Sequence record: NC_049383.1
Direction: 5' to 3' (one strand)
Length of the DNA stretch: 64,000 nt
The notes below the pieces were generated by a model, which was not told the origin of the DNA, did not search any database, and saw only the letters and a program-made list of their open reading frames with translations. The position numbers and the translations under genes are program-made. Each line of letters starts with the position of its first letter. Positions within the stretch are counted from its first letter, which is position 1. Below, one piece after another: positions 48,427 through 58,212 of this stretch.

Positions 48427-48637
48427 ATTCTTTAAATTTACCATTTGTGTAAACTTTAACTTTTTTGAATCCCTTTGATTTTAGATATGATTTTGCCTGT
48501 CTTAATGGACTTTTAAATTCATTATTACCTTCCCAAAAAACAGGACAATCATTAGGTATTCTAAAATCTTTAGGGTATTCATATAAATAATACCTTGTGT
48601 AATTAACACTACTATCTTTTAAAATAGAACACTCCAT
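48416..48637 (-). CDS. hypothetical protein
   Basis: 73-aa ORF. Confidence 0.65.
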   Translation of the reverse strand: MECSILKDSSVNYTRYYLYEYPKDFRIPNDCPVFWEGNNEFKSPLRQAKSYLKSKGFKKVKVYTNGKFKEYEL

Positions 48638-48640
48638 ATC

Positions 48641-48910
48641 TTATGCGTGTAAATATTCATCATTATTGAAAAACCCAGTAGTACTAGTTCTATAAGTATC
48701 GAAATCCTTTTCATTAGCTAATCTATAATTTATTTTATGAATATCAATGTCGTAGAATCCAACATTCTCACACATTGTAGAACCTCTCAAAACACTTGCA
48801 CTTAATACATTAAAAATATTAGGTTTTTGTGGGAAAATATACCCTAAAGTATTTTCATTTCCTACTACTAATAATATTTTGTTATCAGGGTTTTGAATTT
48901 GATTTTTCAT
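48641..48910 (-). CDS. hypothetical protein
   Basis: 89 aa after promoter 48935. Confidence 0.75.
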   Translation of the reverse strand: MKNQIQNPDNKILLVVGNENTLGYIFPQKPNIFNVLSASVLRGSTMCENVGFYDIDIHKINYRLANEKDFDTYRTSTTGFFNNDEYLHA

Positions 48911-48934
48911 GTTTATTTGTTTTTAAATATATAA

Positions 48935-49002
48935 CAAATATAAAACTATTTTTTAGTTACACAATGAAAAAATCCAAAAACTTTAAAAGTTTTTGGATTT
49001 TT
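48935..49002 (-). promoter_or_regulatory. promoter abutting terminator
   Basis: -7 TATATTTG (48935-42), 19-nt spacer, TTG; 16-bp hairpin 48968-49002. Confidence 0.7.
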
Positions 49003-49003
49003 A

Positions 49004-49351
49004 TTACTTTTTATCTGAAAAATAAGGATTTTCTAAAAACCTAGGGTCTTCAAAAAGTTCATTAAACTTTTCACCTAATTCACCTCTAAATTTTAAAAGA
49101 TGTTCAATAATGGTATCAACTTTACCAACAAACTCTTTTCTTTCATCTTCTGTATCACAGAAGTTCCAAAGTCTCATAGCTACGTTACAATCTGTTATTC
49201 TCAATTGACATTTAGGACGGTCTTTTTGTTGCTTATACATCTTTGAATGAATCGCGGCAGTTGAGTTAACAGATTCGGGTGCGATAAATTCTTTAGCGTT
49301 TATAAAAGTTGCTGTTCCTAATTCTAATGTGTTGATTAAATTGTTTGACAT
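49004..49351 (-). CDS. hypothetical protein
   Basis: 115 aa after promoter 49388. Confidence 0.75.
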   Translation of the reverse strand: MSNNLINTLELGTATFINAKEFIAPESVNSTAAIHSKMYKQQKDRPKCQLRITDCNVAMRLWNFCDTEDERKEFVGKVDTIIEHLLKFRGELGEKFNELFEDPRFLENPYFSDKK

Positions 49352-49387
49352 AATTATAAATTTTTGTTATTAAATTGATTTCTGACA

Positions 49388-49419
49388 CAAATATAAATTG
49401 TTATTTTTTATTACGCAAT
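49388..49419 (-). promoter_or_regulatory. Bacteroidota-type promoter
   Basis: -7 TATATTTG (49388-95), 21-nt spacer, TTG. Confidence 0.65.
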
Positions 49420-49426
49420 AAAAATT

Positions 49427-50305
49427 TTAAATTTTTTCATAATAAACCGTACTAGTCAAACCTTGGAATAAAATAGGTCTTTTATCTTCAATACGAATAA
49501 CATTAGTTAACCAAGTCCAATCACCTGATGCTTTTAAAGGAAACCAAGCATAAAAAACACTTCTATGTATAAAATCCCTATCAATTGCTTTAGGATTTAA
49601 CTTCTTTAGTGAATCGATAATCTCTAAAATAGAAGGATAAAATAAGTTTCTATGTGGCTCAGTATTTCTAACAGAGTAAACATCTAAACTCTTATAAGAA
49701 TCTATATTATCAGCCAAATATCTAAATGATTCGTTGTACAATTCCTTTTCAAGCTCTTCATAGTTAATAAAAACATCTTTTGTGTGTTTATCTATAATAG
49801 ATTTGAAATCAAAGCCATCCATTAAACCCATACCCAAAAACAATATTTTAAAATCTTTCTTAAAATCATACTCATAAACGCGTAAGCTCAACTTATATCT
49901 TGCATCATCATTTTCAGTATCGAAACCATAATCTGAATTTATCCTTTCATTAGAATTTGGAAGTAATACTGAAATACAATAATTAACGAATTTAACAATT
50001 TCTGTATTCAATGGATTCTTATATGGTGTTGTTTCAATAACTTGTAATAGCATTCTACCACCATCAATTCTCTCACCACCATTAAGAACATGAGTTAAAA
50101 TCCATAAATCATGATAAAACTCTTCATGATTGAATGTGATGTTATTTTCTTCTTTATTAACTAATTGGACTCTATTATTTAACATTTTCTCAATGTCTTC
50201 TTTTGATGGGAATTTAAGTCCACTTTTATTTGATGGTATCACAAATTCTAATTCCCTACCATGTATTTTTAATTTCATACTAGTTGATATTATTTTAATG
50301 TTCAT
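49427..50305 (-). CDS. hypothetical protein
   Basis: 292-aa ORF. Confidence 0.8.
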   Translation of the reverse strand: MNIKIISTSMKLKIHGRELEFVIPSNKSGLKFPSKEDIEKMLNNRVQLVNKEENNITFNHEEFYHDLWILTHVLNGGERIDGGRMLLQVIETTPYKNPLNTEIVKFVNYCISVLLPNSNERINSDYGFDTENDDARYKLSLRVYEYDFKKDFKILFLGMGLMDGFDFKSIIDKHTKDVFINYEELEKELYNESFRYLADNIDSYKSLDVYSVRNTEPHRNLFYPSILEIIDSLKKLNPKAIDRDFIHRSVFYAWFPLKASGDWTWLTNVIRIEDKRPILFQGLTSTVYYEKI

Positions 50306-50307
50306 GA

Positions 50308-50658
50308 TTAATTATAAATTAAATAACAAAAGTAAATGAAAGTACCCGATGTTAGTTTATCAACATCCTCTTCACTATCATAACCTTTTGAAATCAACGA
50401 TTTCTTAAACGTTTCTAAATTAGCAGTATCGCTTTTTGTGAATGAAAACTTTTCTGATATAATAAATGCCTCCATTCTTTTTTTAGCACTATTAACACAC
50501 TTCAAATACTTAACTGTTTGTGTTTCAGCACATGATTGACAAACTGGTGAGTTTGTTGGTTCATGCCAATATTGTGTTTCTTTAGAGCATAAAGTACAAC
50601 GTTCATTAACCCCGAAGTTTTCAAATAATTCAGGGTCTTCTTTAACTACCTTAATCAT
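50308..50658 (-). CDS. Zn-finger protein
   Basis: CTLC...CQSC. Confidence 0.7.
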   Translation of the reverse strand: MIKVVKEDPELFENFGVNERCTLCSKETQYWHEPTNSPVCQSCAETQTVKYLKCVNSAKKRMEAFIISEKFSFTKSDTANLETFKKSLISKGYDSEEDVDKLTSGTFIYFCYLIYN

Positions 50659-50878
50659 CTTTTGGCTTCTTTTTATATAACCTTACAAGTCTATCATAGT
50701 AAGCCTCATCAACCTCTAAAATCTCGCCTTTATATTCAACCCAAAACTTGAAACCATTATGTGTTCTCCAAAATTTACGACCGTCTTTTAACTCACGTTC
50801 GTTAATTCGTCTTTCACTAACAGGTGTTTCAACATTAACTTCTTCCTCTTTATTAATAAATTTAAAAAATACTCCCAT
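50651..50878 (-). CDS. hypothetical protein
   Basis: 75 aa; TATATTTG at 50901-08 upstream. Confidence 0.7.
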   Translation of the reverse strand: MGVFFKFINKEEEVNVETPVSERRINERELKDGRKFWRTHNGFKFWVEYKGEILEVDEAYYDRLVRLYKKKPKDD

Positions 50879-50914
50879 AATTTATAATTTTTTGTTTCAC
50901 CAAATATAGTGAAA

Positions 50915-51505
50915 TTATTTTAATTTATCCAATTCTTCTAAGAATTTTTTACTACCACCAACAAATGTTTGTAGTTCTGAAATTCTTTTATTGGTATTTT
51001 CTATAGACTTAATAATTCTTTTCTTCTCAGATTCCAAATAACGCTCTAAAACGTCTTGCTCATCATACCCAACAGTCATAGATGAATGCGAAGACCATGA
51101 AGCAAATTCGTTTAATAAGAATGTATATAAATGTTGAGAATCAGGTCTATAAGTGTCTCTAAATGTTTTGATAGTTCTATCTACTTGCTTTGTGTAACAA
51201 AAGTAAACATCTTTAGTAATAAGAGCTTTAAGAATTGAAATATCGAAAGCTTTTTCATCATATCTTTCGCCAATTTCTAAAGGAATCCCACTTTCAGGAA
51301 TTTTCTCATCATCGAATAAAATGTGAAATTCTAAAACCAAACCATCAAATTTTAAATCCTTCCTGAACTGATAAGGTATCGAATAACTACAAGTTTGAAA
51401 AACCCTTTTAGAAACCTTTTTAGCAGATTTCTTTTTGATTATGTTTACTAGCTTGTTCATCGAATCCGCTTTTGCTCTTGGTATTTGTGTATAAAATATT
51501 TTCAT
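50915..51505 (-). CDS. hypothetical protein
   Basis: 196-aa ORF. Confidence 0.8.
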   Translation of the reverse strand: MKIFYTQIPRAKADSMNKLVNIIKKKSAKKVSKRVFQTCSYSIPYQFRKDLKFDGLVLEFHILFDDEKIPESGIPLEIGERYDEKAFDISILKALITKDVYFCYTKQVDRTIKTFRDTYRPDSQHLYTFLLNEFASWSSHSSMTVGYDEQDVLERYLESEKKRIIKSIENTNKRISELQTFVGGSKKFLEELDKLK

Positions 51506-51506
51506 A

Positions 51507-52076
51507 TTAATATTTTTTTAAATGTTGAAGTTGTAAATAATTAACATTCATTACTTTACAATATTTCTTTAAATAGTATTCCATATCATAATCGTTATCT
51601 TCAATTAAATCGAAACTCTTAATCATTTCAGCATCATCGCCTTTTCTATATACTCTTAAAAAGTAAATACTTCCATCAATGTGATTTAAATCATGTTTCC
51701 TTGAACATATCGAAAGTAAAAGATTATTAATTGGGTCATAGAATGTTGTATATGAATATCTATCAACCAAAGATGTATCTATCCTGAAAACTGGTTGTTT
51801 CCAAAATATATAATCATACCATGTTTTCCAGTAGTAATTATATCCATCTTCTAAACCCCTAGCATAACCACTTATTAAAAATTCTTTAAAAACGAAATTT
51901 GAATTTTGTGGAAACTCTCCATCATTAATAATTAATTTATAAGCTTTCTTTGGATTTAAGTACCACAATGTTAAAATAGTAAATGTGATAACCCATAAAA
52001 TACTAATACTTAAAAGTACAAACATCGACTTTAGGAAAAATAAAGCTTTAATAATTGGTAAAATAATATATCTCAT
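51507..52076 (-). CDS. membrane-anchored protein, paralog A
   Basis: N-terminal TM; shares motifs with 52078-52671. Confidence 0.75.
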   Translation of the reverse strand: MRYIILPIIKALFFLKSMFVLLSISILWVITFTILTLWYLNPKKAYKLIINDGEFPQNSNFVFKEFLISGYARGLEDGYNYYWKTWYDYIFWKQPVFRIDTSLVDRYSYTTFYDPINNLLLSICSRKHDLNHIDGSIYFLRVYRKGDDAEMIKSFDLIEDNDYDMEYYLKKYCKVMNVNYLQLQHLKKY

Positions 52077-52077
52077 T

Positions 52078-52671
52078 TTAGTTAGTTTTAATATGTTTTG
52101 ATTTAATTTTTATAATACGTTTAATCGACTCTTCCCACCATTGACCATAAAGGTCTTTACAAAAAAGTTCAATATAATACTTTGAAGGATTTATTCTACA
52201 TTCATCATTATCATGTGTGGTTATCAAACCTTTTTTAAATTCATAACTAACAGGAACATAAACCTGCATTGATTTACTAAATCCAGTATCTGATTTATAT
52301 GGTAAATTATCAAAAACACTTATGAAATAATTTGACTTATAATCGTAGTATAAATAATTTTCTTTCAATAAGTGATTTTCTATAATATAATCATGCCTTA
52401 ATCCCAAATAATATCTAAGGTTATTTTTCCAAATATAGGTATAATCATCATTATAATTCTTTATACTAGAGATATATGAATTAGTAAAGTTTCTCAAATA
52501 TGGTGGAGATAAAAATACATCTTCGAAAAAAATTCGTCCTCTTCCTAAATCAAAATACCAAATCATTATTAAAATAGAAGATAAGCCGAAAATAAATAAC
52601 GAAAGTAGTGCAATTAATAAGTTTACTGCTTTGGTTAAATTGTAGTAAATGAATAAAAATAAGTATTTCAT
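52078..52671 (-). CDS. membrane-anchored protein, paralog B
   Basis: N-terminal TM; DDYTYIWK vs DGYNYYWK. Confidence 0.75.
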   Translation of the reverse strand: MKYLFLFIYYNLTKAVNLLIALLSLFIFGLSSILIMIWYFDLGRGRIFFEDVFLSPPYLRNFTNSYISSIKNYNDDYTYIWKNNLRYYLGLRHDYIIENHLLKENYLYYDYKSNYFISVFDNLPYKSDTGFSKSMQVYVPVSYEFKKGLITTHDNDECRINPSKYYIELFCKDLYGQWWEESIKRIIKIKSKHIKTN

Positions 52672-52675
52672 AGTT

Positions 52676-52974
52676 TTATATGTTAAAGATTATATACAAG
52701 ACCAACAATAGGAACAAAAATAAATATTTACCAATATAAATTATTCCAACTAAAGCCAAAATCAAACCAATCCATGTATTTGATAGCTTAACTAATAAGT
52801 TTTTAATTAATTTAATTATCGTAAAAATATCATAAAAATTAATGCAAAAATACAAACAACAACGAATATAAACTTGAATAATTTATCAAGTAACCATTTA
52901 AATAAATATACGAAACCTATAAGTGATATAGCTAGTATAAAAAATTTAGCAATATAATTAAAAATTTTTTTCAT
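52676..52974 (-). pseudogene. hydrophobic membrane protein split at a T5 run
   Basis: 52-aa ORF 52816-52974; the -1 frame continues with TM segments to TAA 52676-78. Confidence 0.45.
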
Positions 52975-52999
52975 TTTTGTTTATATTTAATTTATGAAG

Positions 53000-53044
53000 C
53001 AAATCTACAAACAAAAAATGGATTTCCAAAGGAAAATCCATTTT
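53000..53044 (-). promoter_or_regulatory. promoter overlapping terminator
   Basis: -7 TAGATTTG (53000-07), 19-nt spacer, TTTG (53027-30) at the hairpin loop. Confidence 0.75.
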
Positions 53045-53048
53045 ATTT

Positions 53049-53351
53049 TTATTTACGACACTTATCATGCCACTTTTTCAATTTTTCATACTGTATTTGA
53101 TTCAACTCGTCTGCCGTTATGTCAGGTTTGTTTAACAAAATTATGTCTAAAAGACAGTTTATTGCATCAATAGCCTCACCAACCACGCCATCTTTACCCG
53201 CTTCTTTATAACTCATACCTAAATCAATAGCTATTTCTGTTGAAAGTTCACCAACTTCCTCATTAAGTTTTAAAGCAACTCCTGCTATATGTCGGTCTTT
53301 AATATCATTACTAAATGATTTAAAGTTTTCTAAAATATCACCTATCATCAT
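53049..53351 (-). CDS. MazG-like NTP pyrophosphohydrolase
   Basis: KLNEEVGELSTE...GEAID (ExxE/ExxD). Confidence 0.8.
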   Translation of the reverse strand: MMIGDILENFKSFSNDIKDRHIAGVALKLNEEVGELSTEIAIDLGMSYKEAGKDGVVGEAIDAINCLLDIILLNKPDITADELNQIQYEKLKKWHDKCRK

Positions 53352-53352
53352 A

Positions 53353-53901
53353 TTAATTTGATTTTATATTTAGTGTTAAAAACCTAAGATATGCTATTGA
53401 CCAAAGTGGGTCAACAACCTCTGTTAAAGCGTTAATATCAAATGTACTAACCCAACGATTTGATGAAATGTTTTCGTTCATATCATTTTCATTATCGGGT
53501 TTAGGTTTTGTTTGAATAGCATTTGTACAATCTACAGCAAATAAGTGATAAATAGTATCTGTGCTTTTTGTACCATAACAAGTTCCTAATGGTGAAATAT
53601 CTGAGTATTTTATTAAATAACCAGTCTCTTCCATCATTTCCTGTTTTACTGTCTCTTTCGGATGTTGACCTTTTTCAACACCACCAGTAACTGATGAAGG
53701 ATTTTTGCCCATATTCCAACATGGTGTATATTCGTCACGTATCATGACTTCCAATTCACCATCCACAAATCTAAAAGGTATAATTGCAACAATATTACCA
53801 TCACATCTAACCTCGCGCGTGTATGTGTACTTTCCTGTAGGAAACTCTTCTTCAATAAGCTCTATCCATTTGTTAGAGCCTAAAATTGTCTTTTTATTCA
53901 T
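53353..53901 (-). CDS. Nudix hydrolase
   Basis: Nudix box GGVEKGQHPKETVKQEMMEETGY. Confidence 0.85.
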   Translation of the reverse strand: MNKKTILGSNKWIELIEEEFPTGKYTYTREVRCDGNIVAIIPFRFVDGELEVMIRDEYTPCWNMGKNPSSVTGGVEKGQHPKETVKQEMMEETGYLIKYSDISPLGTCYGTKSTDTIYHLFAVDCTNAIQTKPKPDNENDMNENISSNRWVSTFDINALTEVVDPLWSIAYLRFLTLNIKSN

Positions 53902-53902
53902 T

Positions 53903-54190
53903 TTAATAAGTTGTTGATGTTACCCAACTTTGTCTAGGATGATTCGACATCCTAGATTCATCTTTTTCGGTAACGGTTAATACTTCTTTTTCTACGGTCA
54001 TTATTTTTTCATCAACAATAATATTATCAATACTATGCCTTGAACATACTTTATAATTCTGATATAATTCTAATACCTCACTAAATACAAATTGTGGAAT
54101 TTCACCTGCCACTAGTGTTATTGTTTTAGAATGATTATCAATCTGAATTATATAGTCTTTGGTTTTAATTAATGATTTTATTTCTTTCAT
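53903..54190 (-). CDS. hypothetical protein
   Basis: 95-aa ORF. Confidence 0.7.
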   Translation of the reverse strand: MKEIKSLIKTKDYIIQIDNHSKTITLVAGEIPQFVFSEVLELYQNYKVCSRHSIDNIIVDEKIMTVEKEVLTVTEKDESRMSNHPRQSWVTSTTY

Positions 54191-54204
54191 AATATCTATA
54201 TTTT

Positions 54205-54927
54205 TTAACCAAAAATTAAGAAACCAGTCAAAACAGTAATAACAACACCCATTAAGAATATAATACCTCTTTTACGTTGGTTTGATTTAACAGAATCTTT
54301 AATAATATTTTCCTTAATCACAATAGATGTTTTGTGAGATTCTTTATGTTCTTTCAACTCTTTTTCCAACTCATAGTTTCTATTACGCAAATAACCTAGT
54401 TCAGAATCAACATCACCTTTCAATGATATAACACCATTTGAATGTAAATTACCATTTTCAAAAATAAAACCTAATAATTTTATTTTCAAAAATATATCCA
54501 CTAAAAACCTTTCATCTTCGTTTGTCGCAGTATAAAATCCGTGATGTCTTTGTATAAATTCTACAAATCTACTATAGTTTTCTGTTTTATAAACTTTTGA
54601 AAATTGTAATATTTTATCAAACTTATAAAAAGATAAATTAGAATCATCAAGACATAATACGTTATAACCACCTTTCAATAATTCAAACTCATCAAGTTTA
54701 TTGAAAAGTTCGTTATTTTTCAAGTCGTCTAACATTTCTTTTCTTAGTTCTAATGACATTTCAGCATTTAACATTTCATTCCTAAGACTATCAATAGATT
54801 TTGCTAATTTATACTTCTCACAAATATTTTCTATTTCATCAACCTTCTGCATTTTCTCATATGCATCTTTTAGAATTTCGTATTCTTTATTAGGTACAAT
54901 CCTATCGTGTTTAATTATCAAATCCAT
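54205..54927 (-). CDS. coiled-coil protein with C-terminal TM anchor
   Basis: Ends RGIIFLMGVVITVLTGFLIFG; start set at the TAATG overlap 54927. Confidence 0.75.
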   Translation of the reverse strand: MDLIIKHDRIVPNKEYEILKDAYEKMQKVDEIENICEKYKLAKSIDSLRNEMLNAEMSLELRKEMLDDLKNNELFNKLDEFELLKGGYNVLCLDDSNLSFYKFDKILQFSKVYKTENYSRFVEFIQRHHGFYTATNEDERFLVDIFLKIKLLGFIFENGNLHSNGVISLKGDVDSELGYLRNRNYELEKELKEHKESHKTSIVIKENIIKDSVKSNQRKRGIIFLMGVVITVLTGFLIFG

Positions 54928-55691
54928 TACATAAAAATATTTAAAGCGATTGAACCAATTGTAATACCTAATCCTAAGTAAAACATCCATCTATTAGCAT
55001 AGTATTTACCATAGTATTTTTGAAGCTCTTTTTGACTATCTTCATAATTTGATGTAATACCTTTAATACTATCTTCTAAAGTTTTATTTGTATTTTTAGT
55101 ATCAACACTATTATAAATTATTGTATAAATAGCTGATTCTAAATCAATTCTATCAGATTTTGTTAATCCTGACAAATCGAATGATTTCATTAGTGATTTG
55201 AACGCATCACAAACATAAGAAGTCTCATCTTCAATACTATTACCGAAGTATGGGTTATTTTTATTTTTAACACCCATATCATATATTTTTACATTATCAC
55301 CTAAAAACATACTTAAAAACTTAGTCAAACCTTTAATATTAAACTCAGATTCATCAGGCATATTTTCAAAATAACCATTGAATGTTTTATACAAATTAAC
55401 CGATAATACATTACCTTTTTGAATCTCTTTTTTCAAAAAATCAAAATGTTCTTTAGTAAGATTCTTAACTTGCTCCAATTCTTCTTCTGCAACAATTTTA
55501 TCATGTTCCAATGCTGTGATTTCACATTGAATTTCATGAGAATAAGCCATCGAATTTATAATTGGTTGTGAATAATTTTCACATAAATTATTTTTTAAAA
55601 CCGTCTCACAGTTTAAAAGTTGTTGTAATCGGTCACCTTTTACAATAACCGATTCAACATTGTTTTCATTAGTAATATCTAATCTCTTCAT
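54927..55691 (-). CDS. coiled-coil protein with C-terminal TM anchor
   Basis: Ends RWMFYLGLGITIGSIALNIFM. Confidence 0.75.
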   Translation of the reverse strand: MKRLDITNENNVESVIVKGDRLQQLLNCETVLKNNLCENYSQPIINSMAYSHEIQCEITALEHDKIVAEEELEQVKNLTKEHFDFLKKEIQKGNVLSVNLYKTFNGYFENMPDESEFNIKGLTKFLSMFLGDNVKIYDMGVKNKNNPYFGNSIEDETSYVCDAFKSLMKSFDLSGLTKSDRIDLESAIYTIIYNSVDTKNTNKTLEDSIKGITSNYEDSQKELQKYYGKYYANRWMFYLGLGITIGSIALNIFM

Positions 55692-55692
55692 A

Positions 55693-56709
55693 TTATTGTT
55701 GTTTTTGTTTCTTAACTAAGAACTGAACCTCGGAACACATAGCCATTAAACTAGTTAATTGGTCGGGTTTATTCAAAGATTCGTTTTTATACTTATGAGC
55801 CATTACATACAAATACTCTAAAATATTCGTGTTAATATTATTCTCATACATCCATGTAATCATTTTATCACCCATAGCAATAATTAGGTTATAATATTGA
55901 TTAGGGAAATTCTCTAAAATATACTTCTTAATTGTTGTTATAGATGTAGGTTTAGTAAATAACTTAAAATAATCAACAAAATCAGCAGACATTTCACGTA
56001 AAATAAGTTCCTTTGTAATCGTTCTTTCACCCTTCTCATAACACGTTTGTAAAGCCTCAATAATATCTCTAACATCAGAATATGATGATAATAAAGACAT
56101 AACAGCATCCTTCTCTATTGTTAAACCTTCCTCATTACAAATAAACATAATTCTTTTAGCTTTTTGCATAAGAACTTCTCTAGCTCTATCACCACGAAAG
56201 TTGAAATCAATCTTACAACCAAATCTTGATAAAATTGCTTTATTTAAGTTTTCATAGTAGTTACAAGTAGCAATGTAACGAACATTATTTGAATCCTTTT
56301 CCATTACACCACGGAAAGCTAAGTTGGCATCGTTGGTGAAATTATCAATCTCATCAATCATCATTAGCTTAACTTTTGATGATGATGAACTTACATTACC
56401 AAAAGGTTCGATAATATTTCTAACAGTATCTATACCATTTTGTGATGAACCATTTATTAATTTATTGTTGGGGAACAATTTACCCAAAATAAACATAACT
56501 GTTGTTTTACCTAATCCAGTATCACCATACATTAAAATGTTTCTTGTAACACCATTATCAATAAAATACTGAATCTGTGTCCTAACATCGTTTGGTAACG
56601 CAACATCATCAAGATTTTTAGGTCTATACTTTTCAACCCATAGTGATTTTTTACGTGTTTTTTGTTGCTCCTTAGATAAAGGATTCTTTTCTTTACGTAC
56701 TATACTCAT
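55693..56709 (-). CDS. sliding-clamp loader ATPase subunit (RFC/T4 gp44-like)
   Basis: WVEKYRP, GDTGLGKT, IDEIDN, SRF arginine-finger motif. Confidence 0.92.
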   Translation of the reverse strand: MSIVRKEKNPLSKEQQKTRKKSLWVEKYRPKNLDDVALPNDVRTQIQYFIDNGVTRNILMYGDTGLGKTTVMFILGKLFPNNKLINGSSQNGIDTVRNIIEPFGNVSSSSSKVKLMMIDEIDNFTNDANLAFRGVMEKDSNNVRYIATCNYYENLNKAILSRFGCKIDFNFRGDRAREVLMQKAKRIMFICNEEGLTIEKDAVMSLLSSYSDVRDIIEALQTCYEKGERTITKELILREMSADFVDYFKLFTKPTSITTIKKYILENFPNQYYNLIIAMGDKMITWMYENNINTNILEYLYVMAHKYKNESLNKPDQLTSLMAMCSEVQFLVKKQKQQ

Positions 56710-56730
56710 AAATATATTTTTGTTTTAGTT

Positions 56731-58197
<1,467 letters not shown>

Positions 58198-58212
58198 TAA
58201 AAAATATGTTTT

